Source: a bacterium (lineage in GTDB: Bacteria; Vulcanimicrobiota; JABDET01). Taken from it: a stretch of DNA of 64,000 nucleotides. Positions 10,202 to 18,270 of the stretch are shown piece after piece (position 1 is the stretch's first letter; every line of letters starts with the position of its first letter). The stretch is from the NCBI GenBank assembly GCA_021800275.1, contig JAJYZB010000002.1, positions 70,997-134,996 of the forward strand. Direction: 5' to 3'. The notes under the pieces are model-generated. The model had not been told where the DNA came from, ran no database searches, and saw only the letters and a program-made list of their open reading frames with translations. Made by a program: the position numbers and the translations under genes.

Positions 10202-11906
10202 AGAGTTTGAAGCTCCTGTTTTCAAACCAAGCTCAAATGGAAAAAGAGGGAGCATTCTCCTTTTATCCCTCTTTATGATGATCATCTTATTTTTATTGGG
10301 AACTGCTCTCTTTGTACTTCTTCCCACTAATTTTTCCGTGATCATGAAAGAACAAAATGATGCTCAAGCCCGATATGCGGCAGATGCTGGCATTCAGGTG
10401 GCTTCTGCCCTGATTTCTGATGATATTCAAAACGGAGAAGCTGACGAAATTCCTGGAGAACTAGATTCCTCTTCTGGCAGTCCACTTGCTCCTTGGAAGT
10501 ATCAAGTCCAAATAACTCCTGGAGCAGAAAACGGCTCAGGTTCTTTATTAAGTTATGCTCTTGAATCCACTGGAACCAATGGAACTTTCAGCAAAAGGAT
10601 CACCACTGTGATTGAACAGGAAAGTTTTGGAGAGTATCTTGTTTTTACTAATTCAGAAATAGCCCCGGATGGTTCGACACTCTGGTATGTTCCAGGACTA
10701 ACACTCATGGATGGACCTGTTTTTACCAATGGACAATTTAATGTTGACATCCCTGAGAATTATTATCAAGATGGGTTCTGCTGTGACAGCAGCGGAAATA
10801 ACCTCCCTCCATCCCCCTTTTTTCTCTCTACTGCAACAAGTGTCTCTCCTCCAAGCTACCAGTACCCTGACGGCGTGAATTATGGGGGTTCACCTCCTTA
10901 TGACAGCAGTGGAAACCCTATCCCAGGTGATTACGAAGATATTTATAAAGGGGGAAGATCCGATCTTATAACAGGAGCAAAACCCATCCCGTTTCCAACT
11001 GGATATCTAAATATTCAAGATGCTTCATGGGGTGGAAACAGCGGATTTCCAACGGCTTCAGGACTCTATGTGAACCAATCACTAATTGGGACCAGCGCTC
11101 CAACTCATGGAAGAGGAAATCCATCATCTCAAAATTACCCTTATGTTACAACTGGCATCTACGTTCAAGGAACTGTGAATCAAATCACTATGGGAACTGA
11201 TCCAGTTTCTGAAAATTCAACCACTACTCTATCTCAAGGAGCCTCTGTGTACAAAATTACTTATGTGAACACAAATCCAGTTACCCTTCCTGCGGAAACA
11301 ATTGTCAATGAAAAACCAATTTCAGGGCCCAGGACGATCAACACAAACTCCCTGATCATCCGAAATAATAACCAATATTTTATCTATCAAGGACTTTCCA
11401 ATGGAACTATTTTTGTTAATGGGAATATTGGCTCCAGTTCAAGAGGAGGAATTTTGGGAAAAATTAAAGGGAAATACAGTGTCGCAGCCATTGGAAATCT
11501 CTATATTGATGGGAATCTTGATTATCAAGACACTCAGGCGGGGCAGCCCCCCACAAATTCCAATGACCTGCTGGGACTAATTGGAACCAATGTGATTATT
11601 GGAAACTCTGCTCCTTCCAATCTTACTATTTATGCCGATATCTATGCAGGAAAACAGAGCGACGGATCATTAAAAGGATGGGTCTATGCCCAAAATTTTG
11701 ATACAAGACAAACTGGAACTCTGCAGTTATTCGGCGGAGTAGTTTCAGTTTACCGTATTACAACTGGAATGATTGATCTTTACACTGGTGAAATGTTGAG
11801 TGGATACGCAAAAACACTCCACTATGACCCCCGCCTAGCCCAAACTCCTCCCCCTTATTTTCCAACAACAGGAAAGTTCAGAACGATTTACTGGCATGAA
11901 GAATAA
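10134..11906 (+). CDS. Large PilX-N-like minor pilin / pseudopilin-associated protein with G/N/S/T-rich extracellular region
   Basis: GAGGTG 8 nt before the ATG; 'KRGSILLLSLFMMIILFLLGTALFVLL' resembles the PilX N-terminal domain; 590 aa. Confidence 0.45.
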   Translation: MQQDRIKLLPLRQSKSSSFHKSKEFEAPVFKPSSNGKRGSILLLSLFMMIILFLLGTALFVLLPTNFSVIMKEQNDAQARYAADAGIQVASALISDDIQNGEADEIPGELDSSSGSPLAPWKYQVQITPGAENGSGSLLSYALESTGTNGTFSKRITTVIEQESFGEYLVFTNSEIAPDGSTLWYVPGLTLMDGPVFTNGQFNVDIPENYYQDGFCCDSSGNNLPPSPFFLSTATSVSPPSYQYPDGVNYGGSPPYDSSGNPIPGDYEDIYKGGRSDLITGAKPIPFPTGYLNIQDASWGGNSGFPTASGLYVNQSLIGTSAPTHGRGNPSSQNYPYVTTGIYVQGTVNQITMGTDPVSENSTTTLSQGASVYKITYVNTNPVTLPAETIVNEKPISGPRTINTNSLIIRNNNQYFIYQGLSNGTIFVNGNIGSSSRGGILGKIKGKYSVAAIGNLYIDGNLDYQDTQAGQPPTNSNDLLGLIGTNVIIGNSAPSNLTIYADIYAGKQSDGSLKGWVYAQNFDTRQTGTLQLFGGVVSVYRITTGMIDLYTGEMLSGYAKTLHYDPRLAQTPPPYFPTTGKFRTIYWHEE

Positions 11907-12104
11907 AACACGAATCCTTTCAGTCCTTGATTTCTTGGCAACATTCACCAGTTCCACATTTCCAGGGAGCTGTCTGCTTCAATATCTCACTGCAAATCAT
12001 ATACCCACTTAAAAAAGTTTTGTACGTTCCAAGGATAGAAAAAATGAGGAAACTGGATAAGCTGAAGCAGGCTTTCTCATCATAAAATAGAACATTAACT
12101 CGGA

Positions 12105-12581
12105 ATGAAAACAGAAAAAGCAGTGCTTGCAGCAGGCTGCTTCTGGGGTGTTGAATCTGAATTAGCAAAACTTCCAGGAGTTGTCTCCACAACAGTTGGA
12201 TACACGGGGGGAACTTTCCCAAATCCGACTTATGAGGATGTCTGCACCGATAAAACTGGACATGCTGAAGCTGTTGAGGTTCTCTTTGACCCTGAAAAGA
12301 TCTCTTATGAAAAACTTTTAGAGCATTTCTGGGAGATCCATGATCCCACCACTATCAATCGCCAGGGACCAGATGTTGGAACCCAATATCGATCTGCGGT
12401 TTTCTTTTCAAATGCTGAACAGGAAAAAACAGCAAAACAGTTAAAAGAAAAGTTAAATCACTCGAAAAAGTTTAAAAAACCCATTGTGACAGAAATTGCT
12501 CCTTCCAAAGAATTTTATCCCGCTGAAGAGTATCATCAAAAATATTACTTAAAACACACCAATCTGCACTGCGGAATATAA
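12105..12581 (+). CDS. msrA: Peptide methionine sulfoxide reductase MsrA
   Basis: 'AVLAAGCFWGVE' active-site motif, 158 aa. Confidence 0.9.
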   Translation: MKTEKAVLAAGCFWGVESELAKLPGVVSTTVGYTGGTFPNPTYEDVCTDKTGHAEAVEVLFDPEKISYEKLLEHFWEIHDPTTINRQGPDVGTQYRSAVFFSNAEQEKTAKQLKEKLNHSKKFKKPIVTEIAPSKEFYPAEEYHQKYYLKHTNLHCGI

Positions 12582-12685
12582 TTATTCCAATCCTTGATTC
12601 AAATCGAATCAGATATCATCTGATCACGACAAACACTTTTAGATATGAAAAGCAGCATGGCATCACAGGGAACTGTTCCCAACCA

Positions 12686-13873
12686 TTACTTCTGAATCAG
12701 TTCCAGATTTCCCCTTGGAAGAACCCAGTGTGTTCCATCTTTCAAAATCACTTCAGCGACCCTGACCTTAGCTTCGGTTTGAATGGTCTGCGGATCTGAG
12801 GGAAGAGCAGCAATTTTTGCAGTCTGCCCAAAATAAGGATCTCGAATAATGCGAACAGAGCTTCCCTCCTGCAGCATCATGCTCTCATGAGCATCATGCT
12901 CTTTTCCAGAAATCCCTTCATCCCGACTTTTTTCAGAAATCATTCCAACAAAAGTTGTTCCTTTTTCTCCTATCCCTTCTTCAAGATATGAAATGATCAC
13001 TTCAGGACGAATCACTCCCGCCCGTATCTGAGTGGTCCCATTGATTGCAACCTGCCTCCCTTCTGATTCTTTCAATAACCGAAAAGTTTTTTCTGCCATA
13101 GAAATCCTTCCAAATCCCTCGGTTAAAATGATCGTAATTCCCTTGTTTTCCCCTCCAGTTACAGCAACCCCTAAATCATACCCTAGAAAATCTCGAAGAT
13201 CCTGATCCTCAATTCCGCCAATAATGATCCCTTTAATCCCCAATTGTACTGCTTTTTGAAGAGCTTTCAGGGTGATGAGACTCCCCCCAAAAAGAATTTT
13301 TCCTAGAAAACTTGAATCTAAAGCTTTTTCATCCAAAATCTCATCTGGTTTATCAACAGCAGATTGTAAAACTCCCCAGGTCTCCCCTCCAATGCCAAAA
13401 ATCCCGTGAATATATGTTCCATAAGTTTTAATTACAACCCCTTCACCAGGGATAACTTCTTCCACAATTCCACTCACATACGCTTTCATTTCAAGGGGGA
13501 CAGGCTCTTGTCTTAATGTTATTTTTCCAGTAGCTTCTGAAATCGTTTCCACAAAACCTGAGACAGGAGATAAAAATTCAGATTTAAATAATCCAAACAA
13601 TCCGGGATTCTTGGCAATTAACTCCCCTTTACTGACGTGCTCTCCTTCTTTTTTTAAAAGATACTTCCGAACAGCTTTTGGATCAATCCCCAAATGATTT
13701 GCCACATTGACTAATTCCACATTTCCAGGAAGATGAGTTCTGGCAGCAGCAGTATCACTTTCCACTTTTTCTCCCAGTGAAACCAGAACCTCCCCTTTTA
13801 AAGGAAGCCGACGCTCTTTCCTAACAAGGGCGCGTTTAACAACTTTTAACCCAGGTGTATAGGCATTTCCCAT
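12686..13873 (-). CDS. Conserved hypothetical protein with a lipoyl/biotinyl-like hairpin segment
   Basis: 395 aa ORF with ATG start; 'GELIAKNPGLFGLFKSEFLSPVSGFVETI' resembles a barrel-sandwich hybrid; no family recognised. Confidence 0.4.
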   Translation of the reverse strand: MGNAYTPGLKVVKRALVRKERRLPLKGEVLVSLGEKVESDTAAARTHLPGNVELVNVANHLGIDPKAVRKYLLKKEGEHVSKGELIAKNPGLFGLFKSEFLSPVSGFVETISEATGKITLRQEPVPLEMKAYVSGIVEEVIPGEGVVIKTYGTYIHGIFGIGGETWGVLQSAVDKPDEILDEKALDSSFLGKILFGGSLITLKALQKAVQLGIKGIIIGGIEDQDLRDFLGYDLGVAVTGGENKGITIILTEGFGRISMAEKTFRLLKESEGRQVAINGTTQIRAGVIRPEVIISYLEEGIGEKGTTFVGMISEKSRDEGISGKEHDAHESMMLQEGSSVRIIRDPYFGQTAKIAALPSDPQTIQTEAKVRVAEVILKDGTHWVLPRGNLELIQK

Positions 13874-14086
13874 ATCAAGGTGAACAAGCCGCCATGACTG
13901 AGCTCTTGTACTCCATTTAAACTTTCGTTAAACCACGCATCAAAAATTTTCGCAAACCTTGCCCCTCCTCTTTCTACCGTATTTCGAGATCCAAAATCTT
14001 TCTCATTCTATATTGACACAAAGGGCTTCAGTCAGTGTCATTTTATCATCCTCCAAGGGTGAGTCTGTGAAACCTTCCATGTGCTA

Positions 14087-14503
14087 TTAGCCCGTTTTAA
14101 GAGTAGGCTCAAGTTCCGGATTAATGGCTTTCATGAGTTGATTGAGCTTTTCGATAGTAGGAATACTTCTACCCTGCTCGTAGCGCGCGTATGCATTCGG
14201 AGATTTTGAATCAAGCCTGTGCGCCATCTCCAGCAAGGTCAGATTGTGCGCTTCCCTCTGCCGTTTCAACATCAGGGCGAATAGTGTCCCTTCCTGGTTG
14301 GCGCCAATTGTAAAGCTCGACCCTGCAGATGGCCGCACGTCCACCTTAAAATCTTTTCTGCCGATCAAGACTTTAATTGCATCGGCAATCATCCAGTACG
14401 CGCTCTTTTTTGATGTGGCTTGTGTCATGATGTCTAGCAGTGGAACTTCGATCAACCAATAGCCGCTTCTTCTGTCTTTCCAAACACGTCCTTCAAATCT
14501 CAT
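14087..14503 (-). CDS. hicB: HicB-family antitoxin with C-terminal XRE-type helix-turn-helix
   Basis: N-terminal 'SGYWLIEVPLLDIMTQATSKKSAYWMIADAIKVLI' HicB fold signature; C-terminal 'LTLLEMAHRLDSKSPNAYARYEQGRSIPTIEKLNQLMKAI' HTH; GGGAGA RBS. Confidence 0.75.
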   Translation of the reverse strand: MRFEGRVWKDRRSGYWLIEVPLLDIMTQATSKKSAYWMIADAIKVLIGRKDFKVDVRPSAGSSFTIGANQEGTLFALMLKRQREAHNLTLLEMAHRLDSKSPNAYARYEQGRSIPTIEKLNQLMKAINPELEPTLKTG

Positions 14504-14714
14504 ATTTTTCTCCCTTCACTCCTGGATGTGCCTGGGCTTTTCGAAGGATTTTTCGGGCCAAGGGCTCGGCAATCTCCCTGTGTCGAGGAACAGGCTCTGT
14601 TTCTTTTCCGTTCGTCCATATTTCGTGATTCCCGCCTTCTCACGACAACCACCATCCGAAGGAGCTCAAGCAGCTTTCCAGGTCACGCTTCTTCACTAAA
14701 ATAATTTTACACAT
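14493..14714 (-). pseudogene. hicA: HicA mRNA-interferase toxin gene interrupted by an in-frame TGA at codon 25
   Basis: Minus-strand translation 'MCKIILVKKRDLESCLSSFGWWLS*EGGNHEIWTNGKETEPVPRHREIAEPLARKILRKAQAHPGVKGEKYEI'; the stop is plus 14640-14642 (tca); the 3' end overlaps the hicB start by 11 nt. Confidence 0.65.
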
Positions 14715-14726
14715 AAATGTGTAAAA
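14705..14726. promoter_or_regulatory. Perfect 10 bp inverted repeat (TTTTACACAT-AA-ATGTGTAAAA) overlapping the hicA start codon; candidate HicB operator
   Basis: Read directly from sequence; the right half-site contains the hicA ATG. Confidence 0.4.
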
Positions 14727-14850
14727 AGTTAAGAGTCCGAATCGAGTCATATATAATCTTACCACGGAGAGCATTATCGCGTCATAAATTTTCCCCTTTA
14801 TGTCAATGGAAGCAGCCAGGTGTATAGGCGTTTACCATTCGTTAACCCAT

Positions 14851-15336
14851 CTAAATCTCTCTAAAAAGTTTCTTCACTCCCACTATAAGAACACCCACTT
14901 TCCTCTCCCATACCTCTACTTCATAAGATTGAAACACGTTTTTTTCTGCAGGAGCTGTCCACTTCTTATCTTTCTCAAAAGGATACTCTGTGTTTCTCTT
15001 AGTCCATTTATCAGATGGAGCAGTTTGTTCCATTTCAAACAAAAACTTTTTCATTTCCTTAGAAAATAAGCGAGAAATACTGCCGCGAAGTTTTGGTGAA
15101 GATTCTGCTGCCCTTAAAATGCCTTGTATAAAACCTTTGAGAGCATGTGATGGCTTTATTTCTCCTACTGCCTTCAAAAAAAGAGCTTTGACAGCTTTTT
15201 CGCTAGCCTGCTGACAGTGAGCAGCTCGATAGCAAAGAGGAGTCAAAGGAAGACTATTTTTAATCTCAGCGACAAACTGATAATCGAATTCAGCCTGTTT
15301 TAAGAAAGCGCTGCTTTTCTCGCTGCGGCTGTTCAT
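14851..15336 (-). CDS. HEPN-domain protein
   Basis: 'CYRAAHCQQASEKAVKALFLKAVGEIKPSHALKGF' matches the HEPN core (QQAxEKAxKA...H). Confidence 0.6.
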   Translation of the reverse strand: MNSRSEKSSAFLKQAEFDYQFVAEIKNSLPLTPLCYRAAHCQQASEKAVKALFLKAVGEIKPSHALKGFIQGILRAAESSPKLRGSISRLFSKEMKKFLFEMEQTAPSDKWTKRNTEYPFEKDKKWTAPAEKNVFQSYEVEVWERKVGVLIVGVKKLFREI

Positions 15337-15718
15337 CTTTATAAAGTCTAGAAATTAAATTTTTACACTCAGGATCTTGATATAAAATTTCAAACTGATC
15401 GCTTCTAATTTCCCTGATGATACTCCACTTTTCTTCCAGTGAACGATCAAAATCTTGCTTTGAGAGTAAAGAGAGTTTAAGCAGACCATGAAGAACTATA
15501 AAATCACTGGAGGAACCAAATGAAACATGATAAATTTCTTTTTCATTTGCGACGTTTGGAAACTGATCAAGCACTTCAAGCAAATAAACATTCTTTTTAT
15601 CATGAATTTTGTACCAGACAGCAGCAAGAAGGGGGCTGTCATCCAATCTTTTATGTCTCCTTATTAATTTCTTTAAATGCGTTTTTTGAAAATTATAAAA
15701 CGCGTTGTCATCTTGCAT
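15290..15718 (-). CDS. Hypothetical protein immediately upstream of and overlapping the HEPN gene (possible cognate partner)
   Basis: 142 aa, ATG start 21 nt after the upstream gene's stop; 47 nt overlap with the HEPN ORF; 'VSFGSSSDFIVL' only loosely resembles a nucleotidyltransferase motif. Confidence 0.35.
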   Translation of the reverse strand: MQDDNAFYNFQKTHLKKLIRRHKRLDDSPLLAAVWYKIHDKKNVYLLEVLDQFPNVANEKEIYHVSFGSSSDFIVLHGLLKLSLLSKQDFDRSLEEKWSIIREIRSDQFEILYQDPECKNLISRLYKDEQPQREKQRFLKTG

Positions 15719-15739
15719 TGACTCACCATCCTCTTTTTT

Positions 15740-17545
15740 TCAATTCGCTCCAGCATCAGGGTAAACCTTTAACACACGATTCCACTCATTCAATTTTTCA
15801 ATTCTGTCAGATTTATTTTTAGGAAGAGAAAAAGGGCGTCCTCTCCCATCTAAAATAATCCCCACAGCCCCTCCCTTTACTTCAGTTTCAAAGGCTTCCC
15901 CTTTTCCTTTTCCGCAGTCTATCCCAGAGGCTGGCTGCAGAAAAACTTTTGCAGTCTCCCCTATTCCTAAAGGAATACACTGCAGGGTTCTCCTGTTTAA
16001 TTCAAGTTCTTCAATTTTTCCATTCTTAAACTGAATTCGAATTTTAGCCAGAGGTTTCCCCTCTTTCACTTCTCCAACAGGGGAGATGCAGGTTCCAAGC
16101 CAGATCAAGCAGTCTTTCTCAAAAACCTGTTCTGCTGCTTCAGGATGAACCTGACTTAAAACTCCTAATTGAGGCATCATGAAAATACTGTCCACAGTTA
16201 AAAAAGTGACTCCTTCAGGGAGATAGGCATCTATCATCATTAAAGCTGCTTGAGAGCGCCTGGGGGCATGACTTAAAACTCCGCCGCTGCCGATCAGCAT
16301 ATCCAGTTCCATCATTTTAATCAGAGTTTCTCCAGACTCGGTTTGAGCAAATGCATCCGAAATATTTCTCTCCTGCTGCACCCCTTTTAATCCAACTGCT
16401 AATAATTTATGCTGCTCAAATGAGAGCCTTAAAGCCTCTCTACAGACTGCCTGCTCTACAATCAATTCTTCCAGCAGCTGAGGGATTGTGGTCGGACGAA
16501 TCATTTTGTTTTTAATCTTATTTCGCAGCTCTTTTTCATTTAAATCAAAAGGTACCCACTGCAGAATCTTTTCAAGACCTGACTCTTTAAACACATTGGA
16601 TATCGAATAACTCATTCCTAAATTCGCGCTGACTGTGCGATTGTAAACATGATGAAAAACCGAAAAAACATCTGTAGTTGCCCCTCCAATATCAGCTCCC
16701 AGCACATTCATTTTATGTTTTTCAGCAATTTTCTGCATCAAAAGTCCAACAGCAGCAGGAGTTGGCATAATAGGGACATCAGTCCATTCCATCAGATTTT
16801 TATAACCAGGGGCATGAGCCATCACATGATTTAAAAAAAGCGCCTGAATGCTCTGACGAGCAGGAGCTAAATTTTCTGTTTTATCTGTAGGTCTTAAATT
16901 GTCAGTAATTTGAAGAGCAGTTTTATGATCCAGAATCTGTTTTACACTTTCTCTTGCCTCTATGTTTCCTGCATAAATCACAGGCAGCTCATAGCCGGAT
17001 CCGAGTCTTGGCTTAGGATCCGCTGCAGAGATCAATTGTGCAGCTTCCACCACATGAGAAACAGTCCCTCCATCCATTCCTCCTGATAAAAGAATCATAT
17101 CCGGTCTTAGAGATCGAATTCTTTCAATTCTCTGGTGAGGAACTCTGCCATCATTGGCAGCTGTCACATCCATCACAATAGCTCCAGCCCCTAAGGCTGC
17201 TCGAGCAGCTGATTCAGCAGAAATCTCTTTCACAACTCCTGATACCAGCATCTGCAGCCCACCTCCAGCGCTGGAGGTGGATACATAGAGATCCACCCCC
17301 TCATTTCCTGTTTGAGGTTTGATGATTTTCTCGTTTTTTAAAAGAGGTCTGCCAGCTAATTCTTCTACTTCAGTGATCGCGTTAATAACTCCACGAGTCA
17401 CATCTTCCACAGGAGCTTCTACTGTTGTCGGAGCTTCTCCGCGAGCCACTAAACGGTACTCTTCCCCTTTTTTGGCGATTAAAATCGCTTTAGTGGTAGT
17501 GGAGCCGCAGTCTGTGGCAAGGATGCTGCAGATTTCTGGTTTCAA
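15740..17545 (-). CDS. ASKHA-fold ATPase-like protein of the GlmL/MutL (glutamate-mutase accessory) family, function unknown
   Basis: 601 aa; N-terminal 'ILATDCGSTTTKAILI', 'ILLSGGMDGG' and 'LGADIGGATTDVFSV' phosphate-binding-like motifs; family assignment from memory. Confidence 0.45.
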   Translation of the reverse strand: MKPEICSILATDCGSTTTKAILIAKKGEEYRLVARGEAPTTVEAPVEDVTRGVINAITEVEELAGRPLLKNEKIIKPQTGNEGVDLYVSTSSAGGGLQMLVSGVVKEISAESAARAALGAGAIVMDVTAANDGRVPHQRIERIRSLRPDMILLSGGMDGGTVSHVVEAAQLISAADPKPRLGSGYELPVIYAGNIEARESVKQILDHKTALQITDNLRPTDKTENLAPARQSIQALFLNHVMAHAPGYKNLMEWTDVPIMPTPAAVGLLMQKIAEKHKMNVLGADIGGATTDVFSVFHHVYNRTVSANLGMSYSISNVFKESGLEKILQWVPFDLNEKELRNKIKNKMIRPTTIPQLLEELIVEQAVCREALRLSFEQHKLLAVGLKGVQQERNISDAFAQTESGETLIKMMELDMLIGSGGVLSHAPRRSQAALMMIDAYLPEGVTFLTVDSIFMMPQLGVLSQVHPEAAEQVFEKDCLIWLGTCISPVGEVKEGKPLAKIRIQFKNGKIEELELNRRTLQCIPLGIGETAKVFLQPASGIDCGKGKGEAFETEVKGGAVGIILDGRGRPFSLPKNKSDRIEKLNEWNRVLKVYPDAGAN

Positions 17546-17619
17546 GATGCTTCTAAATTTCCTTATCTAATGCTTTTTTCCTGGAAAGCACCTTCATGGA
17601 ATCGGTATGACTGCGTATT

Positions 17620-18270
17620 CTAATTTTCTAAAATTAAAATTCCTTCTCGAATTGCATATTTGATCAGTTCTGTTCGATTGTGCAGATTCAATTTTTCCAT
17701 GATATGATATCTGTGGGTCTGGACAGTTTTTACAGAAACAAACAATTGATCCGCAATCTCCTGATTTGATTTTCCATCCGCTAAAAGCTTTAAAACTTCT
17801 AATTCACGAGGGCTTAACGTTCGCTGCATAGAAGCTAATGTTTCCCCTGATGCGCACCCTTTTAAAAGAGTTCGTGTTAATGAAGGAGAAAAGTAAAGAT
17901 CCCCCTCATAAGCTGTAAAAATAGCTGAAATCAGCTCCTCTCGATTCGTTCCTTTTAAAATATATCCTGAACTCCCTGCTTGAACAGCTGAAAAAAAATA
18001 GTATTCTGACTCATATTGAGTCAGAATTAAAATCTTAATCTCTGGATAAAGTTTTTTAATGGTTTGAGTGGCTTTTAATCCATTCAAAATAGGCATCCCA
18101 ATATCCATTAAAATAACATCTGGCTTCAATCTTCCCGCCAGCTCCACTGCTTCTTCTCCATGGGAAGCTTTTCCAATGACTGAAATTTCAGGTTCCCGTG
18201 ACAGCAGACTTTCAAGCCCTTCCCTTAAAATCGTATGATCATCAGCTATCAGCACTTTAATCATGGACAA
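17620..18270 (-). CDS. Two-component response regulator, NarL/LuxR family
   Basis: REC domain ('VLIADDH...DVILMDIGMP') plus LuxR HTH ('LSPRELEVLKLLADGKSNQEIADQLFVSVKTVQTH'). Confidence 0.85.
   Translation of the reverse strand: MSMIKVLIADDHTILREGLESLLSREPEISVIGKASHGEEAVELAGRLKPDVILMDIGMPILNGLKATQTIKKLYPEIKILILTQYESEYYFFSAVQAGSSGYILKGTNREELISAIFTAYEGDLYFSPSLTRTLLKGCASGETLASMQRTLSPRELEVLKLLADGKSNQEIADQLFVSVKTVQTHRYHIMEKLNLHNRTELIKYAIREGILILEN

Noticed and set aside
11920-12222. 100 aa minus-strand ORF overlapping the msrA start
   Set aside because: It overlaps the 5' end of a confidently identified msrA and has no motif; treated as non-coding, and the 11907-12104 region as the msrA promoter.
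12582-12685. Palindromes GGGAAC-T-GTTCCC and CAGAT-ATC-ATCTG between convergent msrA and the 12686 gene, considered as terminators
   Set aside because: Loops are too short or stems too weak, and there is no clear downstream T-tract; not convincing as intrinsic terminators.
14640-14642. Possibility that the in-frame TGA in hicA reflects an alternative genetic code (UGA read as Gly or Trp)
   Set aside because: TGA terminates several long, well-conserved genes in the window (for example at 9017-9019, 20261-20263 and 22255-22257), and the long ORFs would be broken if TGA were frequent in-frame; a local nonsense mutation or sequencing error is more parsimonious.
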